64,000 nt of DNA. Origin: Octopus sinensis. Its lineage: Eukaryota. Made by a program: the position numbers and the translations under genes. The notes under the pieces were generated by a model. It saw only the letters and a list, made by a program, of their open reading frames with translations, was not told the origin of the DNA and ran no database searches. Every line of letters starts with the position of its first letter. Positions within the stretch are counted from its first letter, which is position 1. The stretch lies in NCBI RefSeq assembly GCF_006345805.1, contig NC_043004.1, forward strand, positions 72,788,001 through 72,852,000, written 5' to 3'. Positions 11,517 to 23,643 of this stretch are shown here, piece after piece.

Positions 11517-13245
11517 CAAAATAAAATAAAATAAAATAAAATAGAATGAAATGAAATAAAAAAATAAAAGAAAAGAAAAGAAAATAACAAATAAAATAAA
11601 ATTAAATTAAATTAAATTAAATTTTTTAAAAATAATAAAATAAAAAATAAAATGAAATAAAAACAATAAAATAAAACAAATAAAATAAAATACAAAAATA
11701 AAATAAAATAACAAAAAAAAGATAAAAGTAAAAATATACAAAATACAAAATAATAAATCTTTTAACTGAAAAAATAAAATATAAAAACAAAAAACAATCA
11801 TAAAAAATAAAATAAAATAACAAAAAATAAAATTAAAAATAAAATAAAAAATAAAATAAAATAAAAAATAAAATGAAATAAAATAAAATAATATAAAAAA
11901 GTAAAATAAAATAAAAAATAAGATAAAAAAATGAAATAAAATAAAATATAATATAGTAAAACAAATTAAAATAAAAAATAAAATAAAATTTAAAAAATAA
12001 AATAAAAAATAAAATAAAATATAAAATAAAATAACAAAATGAAAAACTAAAAAGATAAAAAATAACAAAAAAAATTAGAAATAAAAAATAAAAACAAAAC
12101 ACAAAAATAAAATGAAATAAAATAAAATAAAATAGAACAAAAACAAAATAAAATTAAAACCATTAAGTAAAATAAAATAAAATAAAATAAAATAAAAATA
12201 AAATAAATTAAATAAAATTAGATAAAATAAAAAAAGATGAAAAATAAAATAAAATAAAAGATAAAATAAAAAATGAAATAAAATAAAATAAAATAAATTG
12301 AAATAGAATAAAAATAAAATACGAAAAAATTAAAATAATTCAAAAATAAAAAAAAAATTTTTTAATAAATAAATAAATAACAAAAAAAAATTAAAAAATA
12401 AAATAAAATAAAAATAAAAAATAGAAAATTAAAATAATAAAATAAATAATTAAATTAAATAAAATAACAGAAAATTAAATAAAATTTAACAAATAAAATT
12501 AAGTTTTTTTAAAAAAGAGATCAAAAAATTAATGAAATAAATAAAATAAAATAAATTAAAAATTAAATTAAAAATAAAATAAAATAAGATATTTAAAAAA
12601 TTAAAAGAAAATTTTTTTTAAATATTTAAAAAATATAGAAACAATAAGAAAAAATAAATAAATGAAATAATATAAATTAAACAAAATAACATAAAATAAG
12701 AAATAAAATAAGAAATTAATAAGAAATTAATAAGAAATAAAATAAGAAATTAAATATATTAGAGGATATTTATTGAAAAATAAATTAAAATAACATAAAA
12801 TAAAACTACAATAAAAAATTTTTTTTTAAATAAATAAAAAAAATTTTAAATAATAAAAATTTTAAAAGATAAAATAGATAAAATAAAATAAAATAAAATA
12901 AACAAAAAATAACACAAAAAATAAAATAAAATAAGATTAAATAAAAATATTAAAATAAAATAAAATAAAATAAATAAAATAAAATAAGATAAAATAGAAT
13001 AAAAATAAGATAAAATAAATTAAAATAGAAAATAAAATAAATAAAATAAAAAATAATAAAATATTGAAAATAGAATAAATAAAATAAAATAAGATAAAAT
13101 AAAATAAAAAATAAAATAAAATAAATTAAAATGAAAAATAAAATAAAATAAAATTTTAAATAATAAAAGATTGAAAAAAATAAGAAATAAAAAAATGTTT
13201 TTTATCTTTATTTTTATTTTTTATTTTATGTTATTTTTTTTTATT
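11517..13245. repeat. ~1.7-kb (AAAAT)n-type low-complexity tract, switching to T-rich at ~13197
   Basis: Direct reading; very few C or G. Confidence 0.95.
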
Positions 13246-16200
13246 TTGATAGAGTGACATAGGCGTAGATAGACGAAAATAGAGTGAGGTAGGCGGAGAT
13301 AGAGTGAGATTGGCGGAGGTTGCCGGAGTTTGCCGGAGATAGCCGAAGATTGCCGGAGTTTGTCGGAGACTGTCGGAGACTGCCGGAGATTGACGGAGAT
13401 TGACGGAATAGCAATTTGGGAGATTTCCCAATAATTCTGAATGTTAAAACACCTGGGAGAGAGTGAGATAGAGTGATAGTCTGAGATAGAGGGAGATAGG
13501 CGGAGATAGAGTGAGATAAGTGGAGATTGGAGAAGATTGCCGGAGATTGCCGGAGATAGGCAGAATAGCATTTTGGGAGATTTCCCAATAATGCTGGGTG
13601 TTAAAACACCTGGGAGAGAGGGAGAGTGTATGATTGGCGGAGATTGGCAGAAATTTGCGGAGATACTTGGAGATAGGCGGAATACTATTTTGGGTGATTT
13701 CCCAATAATGCTGGGTGTTAAAACATCTGGTAGAGAGTGAGATAGAGTGATAGACTGAGATAGGTGGAGATAGAGTGAGATAGGCGGAGATTGGCGCAAA
13801 TACGCGGAGTTAGGCGGAGATTGCCGGAGATTGCCGGAGATTGCTGGAGATAGGCGGAATAGCATTTTGGGAAATTTACCAATAATGCTGGGTGTTAAAA
13901 CACCTGGGAGAGAGTGAGATAGAGGGAGGTAGGCGGAGATAGATTGAGATAGGCGGAGATATAGTGAGTTAGGCAGAGATAGAGTGCGATAGACGGAGAT
14001 AGGCGGAGATAGAGTGAGATAGGCGGAGATTGCAGGAGTTTACCGGAGATTGCCGGAATTTCTCGGAGTTTGCCGGAGATTACGGAAGTTTGCTGGAGTT
14101 TGCCGGAGTTTGTCGGAGATTGGCGGAATAGCATTTTCGGAGATTTCCCAATAATGCTGGAGAGTGTGAGATAGATTGTGATAGGCAAAGATAGAGTGAG
14201 ATAGGTGGAGATAGAGTGAGATAGGCTGAGATAGAGTGAGATAGGCGGAGATAGAGTGAGATAGGCGGAGATAGAGTGAGATAGGCGGAGATTGGCGGAG
14301 ATCGCCGGAGTTTGCCGGAGATAGGCGGAATAGCATTTTGGGAGATTTCCCAATAATGCTGGGTGTTAAAACACATGGGAGAGAGGGAGAGAGTAAGATT
14401 GGCGTAAACGTGCGGAGATTGGCGAGCTTAGCAGAAATTCGTGGAGGTAGGCGGAGATAGGCGGAGATTGGCAGAAATTCGCGGAAATAGGCGGAGACTA
14501 GCGGAGATAGTTGGAATGGCATTTTGGGAGATTTCCCCATAATTCTGGGTGTTAAAACACCTGGGAGAGATAGAGTGAGATAAGCGGAGATAGAGTGAGA
14601 TAGAGTGAGATTAGCGGAGATTGACGGAGATTGGTGAAGATAGGGGGAATAGCATTTTGGGATATTTCCCAATAATGCTGGGTGTTAAAACACCTGGGAG
14701 AGAGTGAGATAGAGTGAGATAAGCGTAGATAGATTGAGATAGGCGGAGATGGGCGGAGATAGATTGAGATATGCGGAGATAGCGTGAGATAGGCGGAGAT
14801 AGGCGGAGATAGAGTGAGTTAGGCGGAGATAAAGTGAGATCGGCGGAGATAGGCGGAGATTGGCGAAGATTGGCTGAGATCGCCGGAGATTGCCGGAGAT
14901 AGGCGGAATAGCATTTTGGGAGATTTCCCAATAATACTGGATGTTAAAACACCTGGGAGAGAGGGAGATTGGCGTAGATGGGCGTAGATTGGCGGAGATT
15001 GGCAGAAATTTGCGAAGATAGAATGTGATAAGCGGATATAGAGTGAAATAGGCCGACATAAGTGCGAGATTCGCGGAGATAGCCTGGGATTGGCGGAGTT
15101 TCACGGAGATTGCCGAAGTTTGACGGAGATTCCCGCAGTTAGACGGAGATTGTCGGGGTTTGCTGGAGTTTGCCGGAGCTTGCCGGAATTTGCCGGAGTT
15201 TGTCGCAGAAAGCCGAAGATAGCCGGAGATTACCGGAGATTGCCGGAGTTTGCGAAATAGCATTTTGGGAGATTTCCTCATAATGCTGGATGTTAAAACA
15301 CCTGGGAGAGAGTCAGTTAGAGTGAAATAGAGTGAGATAGAGTGATAGGCGGAGATAGGCGAAGATTGGCGGAGATAGGCGGAAATAGGCGGTGATTGGC
15401 AAAGATTGCCGGAGAGTGCGGAGAGTGCCGGAGATTGGCAGAAATTTGCAGAGATAGGCGGAGATTGGCGGACATAGGCGGATATTGATGGAGATAGGCG
15501 GAATAGCATTTTGGGAGATTTCCAAACAATGCTGGGTGAGAAACACCTGGGAGAGAGTGAGATGGAAGGAGATAGGCGGAGATAAGCGGAGATTGCTGGA
15601 GATTGGCGGAGTTTCCCGGAGATTGCCGTACATTGCGGCAGTTTGCCAGAGATTGCCGGAATTTCCGAGACTTTGCCGGAGATAGCCGGAGATTGGCGGA
15701 ATAGCATTTTCGGAGATTTCCCAATAATGCTGGGTGTTAAAACATCCAGGAGAGTATGAAATAGAGTGAGATAGAGTGAGATAGGCGGAGTTAGAGTAAG
15801 ATGGGCGGAAATAGAGTGAGATAGGCGGAGATAGAGTGAGATAGGCTGAGACAGAGTGAGATAGGCTGAGACAGAGTGAGTTAGGCGGAGATTGGCGGAG
15901 ATTGGTGGAGATTGCCGGAGATAGGAGGAATAGCATTTTAGGAGATTTCCAAATAATGTTGGGTGTTAAAACACCTGGGAGAGAGATAGAAAGAGTGAGA
16001 TTGGCGGATTTTTCCGGAGATTGGTGGAGCTTCTTGGAGATTGCCGGAATTTGCCGGAGATTGCGAATAGTACCGGAGACCTCCGGAGATTTGCGGAATA
16101 GCATTTTGGGAGATTTCCCAATAATTCTGGGTGTTAAAACACCTGGCGGAGATTGAGTGAGATTGGTGGAGATTGGCGGAGATAGAGTGAGATTGATGGA

Positions 16201-16641
16201 GATAGGCGGACTAGCATTTTGGGAGATTTCCCAATAATGCTGGGTGCTAAAACACCTGGGAGAGAGTGAGATAGGCATAGATAGAGTGAGATAGGCGGAG
16301 ATAGAGTGAGATAAGCGGAGATAGAGTGAGATTGGCGGAGTTTGCCGGAGATTGCTGGAGATTGGCGGAATCTGGCGGATATATCCGGAGATTGCCGGAC
16401 ATTGCAGGAGTTCGCAGGAGTTTACCGTAGTTTGCCGGAGTTTGCCGGAGATTGCTGGAGATTGCCGGAGATTACTGGAGATTGCCGGAGATTACCGGAA
16501 TTTACCGGAGATAGCAGGAGATAGCTTGAGATTGGCGGAATAGCATTTTGGGAGATTTCCCAATAATGCTGGATGTTAAAACACCTGGGAGAGAGTGAGA
16601 TAGAGTGAGATAGGCGTAGATAGAATGAAATAGACGGAGAT
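13246..16641 (+). repeat. Purine-rich complex satellite: 10-mer (ATAGAGTGAG/ATAGGCGGAG) and 9-mer (TTGCCGGAG) blocks punctuated by 16 copies of a ~52-nt conserved motif
   Basis: Motif AATAGCATTTTGGGAGATTTCCCAATAATGCTGGGTGTTAAAACACCTGGGA near 13407, 13564, 13681, 13858, 14128 (truncated), 14329, 14515, 14648, 14907, 15256, 15502, 15701, 15929, 16097, 16211 and 16539. Confidence 0.9.
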
Positions 16642-17221
16642 ACAAAAAAATAATAATAAAATAATATAAAATGAAACAAAATACAAAAATTTTTTTTAAA
16701 TAATTAAAATAAGATAAAATAAAATAAAATTAAAAAATATAAGAAAATAAAATGAAAAATAAAATGAAATAAAATAAAATAAAGAAAAACTAATCAAAAT
16801 AAAATGAAATGAAATAAAATAAAAAATTAAAATTAAATATAAATAAAATAAAATAAAATGAAATAATATAAATAATAATACAAAATAAAATAAAATAAAG
16901 ATTAAAAGAAAAATTAAAATGAAATAAAACAAAATAAAAGAAGATAAAATAAAGATAAAATAAAAAATAATATATATATTCTATTTTACTTTATTTTATT
17001 TTTATTTTTGTTATTTTATTTTATTTTTTAATTTATTTAATTTTTTTATTTTATTTTCCTTTTATTGTATTTTATTTTTCTCTAATTTTTATTTAAAAAC
17101 ATTTTTTATTTTTAAAAAAATAACATAAAATAGAAAATTTAATAAAAATAAAAAATAAAATAAATTTTTTTAATTTTTATTTTTTTATGTTTATTTTATT
17201 TTATTTTATTGTATTTTATTT
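16642..17221. repeat. (AAAAT)n/(TTTTA)n tract with alternating polarity
   Basis: A-rich 16642-16975, T-rich to ~17105, A-rich to ~17162, T-rich to 17221. Confidence 0.9.
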
Positions 17222-17696
17222 TGATAGAGTGAGATAGGCGGAGATAAAGTGAGATAGACGGACATAGAGTGAAATAGGCGGAGATAGAGTGAGATAGGCA
17301 GGGTTAAGAGTGAGATTGGCGGAGATAGGTGGAATATCTCGAAAATTGCCGGAGTTTGCCGGAATTTGCCGGAGATTGCAGGAGATTACCGGAGATTGTT
17401 GGAAATAGCCGGAGATCACCGGAGACTGCCGTAGATTGCCGGAGATAGCTGGAGATCGGCGGAATAGCACTTTGGGAGATTTCCTAATAATGCTGGGTGT
17501 TAAAACACCTGGTAGAGTGTGAGATTGGCGGAAATAGAGTGAGATTGGCAGAGATTGGTGGAGATAGGTGGAATAGCATTTTGAGAGATTTCCCAATAAT
17601 GCTGCGTGTTAAAACACCTGGGATATAGTGAGATAGATGGAGATAGGCAGAGATAGAAAGAGGTAGGCGGAGATAGTGTGAGATAGGCCGAGATTT
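17222..17696 (+). repeat. Second block of the same complex satellite (2 more motif copies)
   Basis: Motif near 17463 and 17572; starts with the same TTTTGATAGAGTGA junction as at 13245. Confidence 0.9.
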
Positions 17697-17819
17697 TTTT
17701 GAAAATTTTCATCAATATTTTTGAAAAGTTTTTTCAAAATTTTCATCAAAATATTTGAAAGGTTTTTTGAAAATTTTCATCAAAATTTTTGAAAAATTGT
17801 TTTGAAAATTTTCATCAAA
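17697..17819 (+). repeat. 34-bp A/T-tract tandem repeat (TTTTCATCAAAATTTTTGAAAA...)
   Basis: CATC anchor at 17710 and 17744; same unit at 24535-25245. Confidence 0.85.
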
Positions 17820-17989
17820 TGCAACTAATGCTTTTGGCAAACTCTGTCATCACCTATGAAATGAAAGGGGCATCGAACTTGACACCAAAGTACAGGTCTA
17901 TATATATCCATTCTTACTATTCTCTTGGGTGGCTCAGAATTGTGGATACCCTTTAGATGACACATTAGCCAACTAGACATCTTCTACAA

Positions 17990-18480
17990 AGACTGACTGA
18001 GGACAATCTGCAGTTATTCACTAAAAGACAAAGTCTCTAATGCCAACTTGTTTAGCAAGTGTAATATTGGTGGAATTGAGAGCTTCCTTATACAATCACA
18101 ATTGTGCTGGGCAGGCCATGTTATCAGTATGAGTGACGAAAGAATACCCAAAGTTTTCATGTACAGCCTGTTTGAGAATGGACACAGGAATGCTGGTTGA
18201 CCATGGCTCGAATATAAGGATAAGCTGAAGAGTAGTGCTGAAAATAGCTCACAAGACCTTTGAGCGAACAGCTTTGGTACAAACAAAATGGAGATCAATG
18301 TGTCAAAATGGTATTAAAAACTTTGTTGCAACCAGCATTAACAGGCTTCAGGGTGCAAGCCAAAGGAGAAAAGCAGCTGCAAATATGCAACCTGCACTGA
18401 TCTGCAATCTTCATGCTTGCAACACTTGTGGCCTTCTTTGCAAGTTGTTGGTGGGACTTAAATGTCACATTTGACATAAG
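17990..18480 (+). mobile_element. Decayed RTE-BovB-like LINE 3' coding fragment
   Basis: SQLCWAGHVISMSDERIPK..G*PWLEYKDKLK and C-terminal CNTCGLLCK..GLKCH zinc-knuckle remnant. Confidence 0.7.
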
Positions 18481-19610
18481 CATTATGACTGACAAAGAAA
18501 AAGTATATTGTTGGAGCCTCATACATCGAAACTGACTGGAGAGTCCATCATATATATACATATATAATATATTTCTCCTCATTTGTACATTCAAACATAT
18601 ATAGATATATACGGCACAGGCATGGCTGTGTGGTTGAGAAATTTGCTTTGCAACCACATAGTTTGAGGTTCAGTTCCACTGCAAGTGGGTTTAGTGGAAA
18701 GAAACTTTGTAGAAGACTATCTTGTACATGTATACATGTGCGTGTGTGTATGTGTCTTTGTGTCCCCACTCCCACCCACTTCTTCACAACCGGTGTTGAT
18801 TTGTTTATGTTGCTGTAACTTAGCAACTTGGCAAAAGAGACTGATAGAGTACGTATCAGACTTTAAAAATAGGTATTGAGGTCGATTTGTTTGATCAGAC
18901 GTTTGAAGGTAGTATCCCTTCATGGCTGCAGTCCAATGACTGAAGCAAGTAAAAGATAAAAAGAATAGATAAAAATATTATGTGTGTGTGTGTGTGTGTG
19001 TTTAAGCTCCAAAGCAGATGTAGTAGAGATCATGCAGATACATTCTCGTATATATGAGAGTGTCTCCATGTTTGCATGATATAAAAGAAGGTTGCATTAA
19101 ATAATGCAACACTGAATAAACTATTTATGGCAGAAGAAAAATATGACAGGATGATCATAAATGGAATGCTTTTGATGATAAGTTTACACATTGGCAGGTT
19201 GACTTGAAGGTTAAGCAACAATTGTAATAAAACAACTTCTGCCATCTAATTTGTTTCAATGGAAATAAATTTAAAACTCTGTGAAATGACATTACCCAAT
19301 TACTAACATTTGTATGATGGAGACAAGATAAAGAAACCATTGTCTCTATAAATATATGTTAGTCTGTGCTTTAAAATATTTTTTATTATCATTTGTGAAA
19401 TTCCAACCTACTCACTATGTTATTGTTACATTAACAGAAACAAAAAAAAGCCCCTATGTGGTTGCTTAATCTGCAAGAAAAAGTACCAAAATCTCCTTGG
19501 AAGTGTTAACACTAACATCTTTATAAAAAGAAAGGCCTGTTGAATAAGTGGTGCAATTAAAAGCTGGGGGTAATTACTGCTGGAACAATTTTGGTTACAA
19601 GTCAGCTTAA

Positions 19611-19791
19611 CCTTTTAGTATTGAAACTGCTCAGGTCCAACCAAAATATTTTGCATGTTTCATGTTCAAACCAACCAAAGAATGTACAATCACAGCATCA
19701 ACATCTCAAAGGTACAAAATAATGCCTGATTAATTCAAAACAATGTCAATAAATAAGAATTATAATATAATTTAATCTGAATGCTAAAGGG
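19611..19791. mobile_element. MITE with TTAA target site (piggyBac/Kolobok-type ends)
   Basis: TTAA-CCTTTTAGTATT ... AATGCTAAAGGG-TTAA; related copies near 40195-40352 and 53272-53400. Confidence 0.6.
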
Positions 19792-19965
19792 TTAATCATG
19801 GCAAGCCTAGGGCTAAACAGTAACGTTACTTTGGAGAGTCCATGCCATTTTAGTTGTCTTCTACTAAATTCTAATCACAAACCATGAAAACAGAAGTGAG
19901 ATGAACCATAATTAATAAACATTTTGTTTCTCTCTCTCTCTAATGCAGTGCCTTAGCTGGAATAC

Positions 19966-20341
19966 TCTTTTACTTCTTTCAGTAATTTGACTGTGGCCAT
20001 GCTGGAGCACCATCTTTAGTCAAGCAAATCGACCCCAGGACTTATTCTTTGTTAGCCTAGTACTTATTCTATCGATCTCTTTTGCTGAACCGCTAAGTTA
20101 CGGGGATGTAAACACACCAGCATCGGTTGCCAAGTGATGTTGGGGGCACAAACACAGACACAAAAACATATACATACACATACATATATATGACAGGCTT
20201 CTTTCGGTTTCCATCAACCAAATCCACTCACAAAGCTTTGATCGGCCTGAGGCTATAGTAGAAGACATTGCCCAAGGTGCCATGCAGTGGGACTGAACCT
20301 GGAACCATGTGGTTGGTAAGCAAGCTACTTACCACACAGCC
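19966..20341 (-). mobile_element. SINE family A
   Basis: Reverse complement of the family A body including the GGCTGTGTGGTAAGTAGCTTGC head. Confidence 0.85.
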
Positions 20342-20676
20342 AAAATTTCCCCTCTTCTACATAACAAAATAATTTAATACAGTTTCATAGTCATCATCAT
20401 CATTGTCGTCATCATCATCATTGGTTTAGCATCCACTTTTCCATGGTTGCATTGAATGGAGTTTATTAAAGCAGATTTTCTATGGCTAGATGCCCCTCCA
20501 GTCATCAACTTTCTCCCGTTTGCAAGTAAAGTAATGTTACTCCATTGCTAAACATGTTTTCACAGAATATTAGAAAGAAATGACACTGCTTACATGATGA
20601 TAGTGACACTCATTTACACTTAAGCCACAATGTCAAGGCAAAGAGGCACAAACATACACATACTCACATCATCATC

Positions 20677-21300
20677 ATCATCATCGTTTAACGTCCACTT
20701 TCCATGCCGACATGGGTTGGACGATTTGACTGAGGACTGGCGAACCAGATGGCTGCACCAAGATCCAATCTGATCTTGCAGAGTTTCTACAGCTGGATGT
20801 CCTTCCTAACGCCAACCACTCCGAGAGTGCAGTGGGTGCTTTTACATGCAACCGGCATGAGGGCCGGTCGGGTGGTACTGGCAATGGCCACACTCAAATG
20901 GTGTTTTTACGTGTCACCTACACAGGCACTAGCAATGCCCTCGTTCGAATGTTGTTTTCCACGTACCACCAGCACAAATGCCACTAAGGCAACGCTGGTA
21001 ACGATCATGCTCAAATGGTGCTTTTTACATGCCACCGGCATGGGGGCCAGTCAGCGGCACTGGCAACGATCACGCTCGAAAGGTGCTCTTAGCGCTCCAC
21101 TAGCACGGATGCCAGTCATGCAGTGCTGTCACCAAATTTGATTTCGATTTCACTTGCTTCAACAGGTCTTTGCAAGCAGAGTTTAGTGTCCAATGAAAGA
21201 AAGGTACGCCTAAGAGGACTGGTTACACCACTGACATAGGCCACAGGTTATGGTCTCACTTGGTTTGCCGGGTCTTCTCAAGCACAGCATATTTCCAAAT
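20677..21300 (-). mobile_element. RTE 3' UTR/tail element with internal ~60-bp repeats and (GAT)n tail
   Basis: GGTTGGCGTTAGGAAGGACATCCAGCTGTAGAAAC..GGACGTTAAACGATGATG tail identical in type to the 3' end of the RTE at 59260-59705. Many further copies in the window, e.g. 25430-25910, 33140-33435, 38085-38470, 42790-43110, 44560-44810, 51910-52350, 55540-55840, 60800-61320. Confidence 0.8.
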
Positions 21301-21320
21301 ATCCACACACACATACACAT

Positions 21321-21366
<46 letters not shown>

Positions 21367-21379
21367 ATATATATATTCT

Positions 21380-21713
21380 GAGACCCCCTTCGGTCATGAC
21401 ACAGACCATGGGATTGCACCTTGAAAGTTACCCTCCCAGGCACACAAGTCCACGCAAGGTTGTTTATGGAAGCAGTTGTCCATGCATACCAGCCTCCTTG
21501 CTGCATGCCACTGATGTTATCCAAGAGAAAGACAAAGGCCGATACAGCTTGGCACCTGTGACGTCGCAACTCATTTCTACAGCTGAGTGAACTGGAGCAA
21601 CGTGAAATAAGTGTCTTGCTCAAGAACACAACACGCAGCCCGGTCCGGGATTCAAGCTTACAACCTCACGATCGTAAGCTCGACGCTCTAACCACTGAGC
21701 CATGCGCCTTCAC
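21380..21713 (-). mobile_element. tRNA-derived SINE (family C)
   Basis: Head GTGAAGGCGCATGGCTCAGTGGTTAGAGC; central block shared with family B, different 3' tail; second copy 49628-49960. Confidence 0.8.
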
Positions 21714-21735
21714 ATATATATTTGTCATCTCTCTT

Positions 21736-21779
<44 letters not shown>

Positions 21780-21825
21780 AAGAGGGATGAGAAAAGAATA
21801 AATAACTATCTTATGAACCTTATTA

Positions 21826-21904
21826 GCTTACAGCTGTTTCCGCTACAGCATACAGTGAACTCATAGTTGAGCATCTTAAAAATACCTTATAGTTTCATCA
21901 GAGC
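21826..21904 (-). ncRNA. Hammerhead-like motif with long stem II (PLE remnant)
   Basis: GCU-CUGAUGA-[~55 nt, CUAUA/UGUAG]-GAAA-C-AGCU-GUA-AGC; core intact, stem I only 3 bp, base of stem II mismatched. Confidence 0.55.
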
Positions 21905-22046
21905 ATCAAATAAATAAATTGTACTGAGCCTCGTGGAGCTTAGGTGTTTTTGCTCAATAAACACTCACAATGCTTGGTCTGGAAATCGAAACTGTATTCT
22001 TACAGCCATGAGTCCGCTGCCCTAACCACTGAGCCATTGCGCTTCC

Positions 22047-22890
22047 ACAGTGGCAGATATTGCTCAATGCTAGGCCAAGCTCCTTGGCATGGATTGATTT
22101 CTCCCAGACAGGACATGCATATTCCACAGAGGAATAGCATGAGGCCAGAGCAGGAGACCCTAATGTGTGTGCAGTGGCTCCCCATTTGGAGATGACTAGT
22201 TTCTGCTGAATGTTGCTTTGGGAACCAACTTTTAATTTCATGTTTTCAACAAGGAGAGAGAGAATGCAGTTCGAGGTTACTCCAAAGTATACAGGACAGA
22301 TTCAGTGCTGCAAGGGTGTTTCCAGACCATTGATATTAAGAGGAATGAATGGCTTCATGATTCTAAATATGAAAGGAGCAGACTTGAGTCACAGGGTTGG
22401 CATATAGGCTGTTGTATTCATAATAAAGAAGTTATCATCAAGGGTTCACCTGAGGTTTGCTTCTCCTACTGTTTCCACAAAGGTGGCCAGCATAAATAAA
22501 CCACTCAGTTTTCTGGTTCATTGGCTAGTCATTAGTATAGATGTTATATAGTACAGAGCCTAGTACACTACCTTGTTGTCGCTGGTAACTTTGCTTGTTG
22601 TTCAAAACAACAAAAAGGCACCTGTCTACAGGGAGGTTCCAATGACGGTCATAAGCAGCATGTCTTTTGTCAACTTGAAGCTCTTTTGTTGAAGGAGGTG
22701 GTCATTCACAGTGTCTTGCATGGCAGAGAAATCAACAAAGGTGGCTTTTGTTATGAGTCCTTTTTGAAACCCATCTCAGTATGCTGAATGAGATTCAGAA
22801 GTTGATTTATGGTGGGTCTGCCAGATTAGAATCCAGCTTGTTGAGCTAGAAGTATTCATGTTGTGATCTCTGTCAGTTCTTGGTATCACT
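22047..22890 (-). mobile_element. Decayed Vingi/Ingi-like LINE RT fragment
   Basis: QQAGF, FIYA, SKWGATAHTL..CYSSVEYACPVWE remnants with many stops; clade call is by motif memory only. Confidence 0.55.
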
Positions 22891-23199
22891 TGTGAATTCT
22901 ACCAACACAAAACACTTCATAGCTATGTTGTGTGTATGTACATGTATATGAATATGTGTCTGGGATGTGTGTTTGGAATCAATTTGCTCTCTCTCAAAGC
23001 TCTCTGTCAATTAGAAAAGGTGTGCCAAATTTATGCTGATCGATAGGCTCAGAAGGCAGTGAGCCAAAAGATGTGTAACAAAAGTATATTTATCATTCAG
23101 CTGTCTAGCTTTAAATACCCAGAAATTGACTCATATGTGTGTGTAGGATTTATGTGATATTTGCACTGGTTGGGTGCCTCACACAATTCCTTACATAGT

Positions 23200-23643
23200 T
23201 GTCGAAAGGAAAAATAGCAGAAACACGAATCTCCGAACAAATAACAATAATAATTTATTTCGCCGAAATAAACATTTTATCTCTGGACATCAGTAGCGTG
23301 GATGCCTGGGTGGAAGCAGCATGGTTAGTAGTTAGATACAGAATACAAAGGCATTTTCACAGACTCGCAACATTGCTTGCCGTCAGAATGCCAGCTCCAC
23401 ATAGCTGGTCACAGTCGCGTCCTGTCTGGTCAGAAACCATGGGACTAAGAGAGAGAATAGCGATCAAGCCTAGCTGCTGGTGATGACTGCGCATGCACAC
23501 GAGGGACTTTCGGAAGACTGATACTTGCGCATGCACATGAGGGACTTCCGGCAAGCCTTCCGGAAGACTAATACTTGTGCATGCGCAGATGAAAATCACA
23601 AAATGGTGTCTGAAACCTGGCATCACTGCATGTGTTTTCTACA
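23200..23643 (-). mobile_element. Candidate solo LTR (444 bp)
   Basis: Termini TGTCGAAA...TTTCTACA (7/8 inverted match, TG..CA); minus-strand AATAAA ~55 nt from its end; only 3 bp (AGT) match in the flanks, so the TSD is unconfirmed. Confidence 0.5.

Noticed and set aside
13246-17696. CRISPR array interpretation of the conserved palindromic motif with spacers
   Set aside because: Eukaryotic context, no cas genes, and the spacers are 60-300-nt microsatellites related to each other rather than unique 25-45-nt sequences
13221-17715. Long Ser/Pro/Leu-rich ORFs (up to 340 aa) on the minus strand
   Set aside because: They arise because the pyrimidine-rich strand of the satellite lacks stop codons; overlapping in all frames, no domain signal
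19000-19260. Unique-looking stretch with protein-like fragments (DDHKWNAFDDKFTHWQ)
   Set aside because: Stops in all frames and no consistent splice sites or recognisable family
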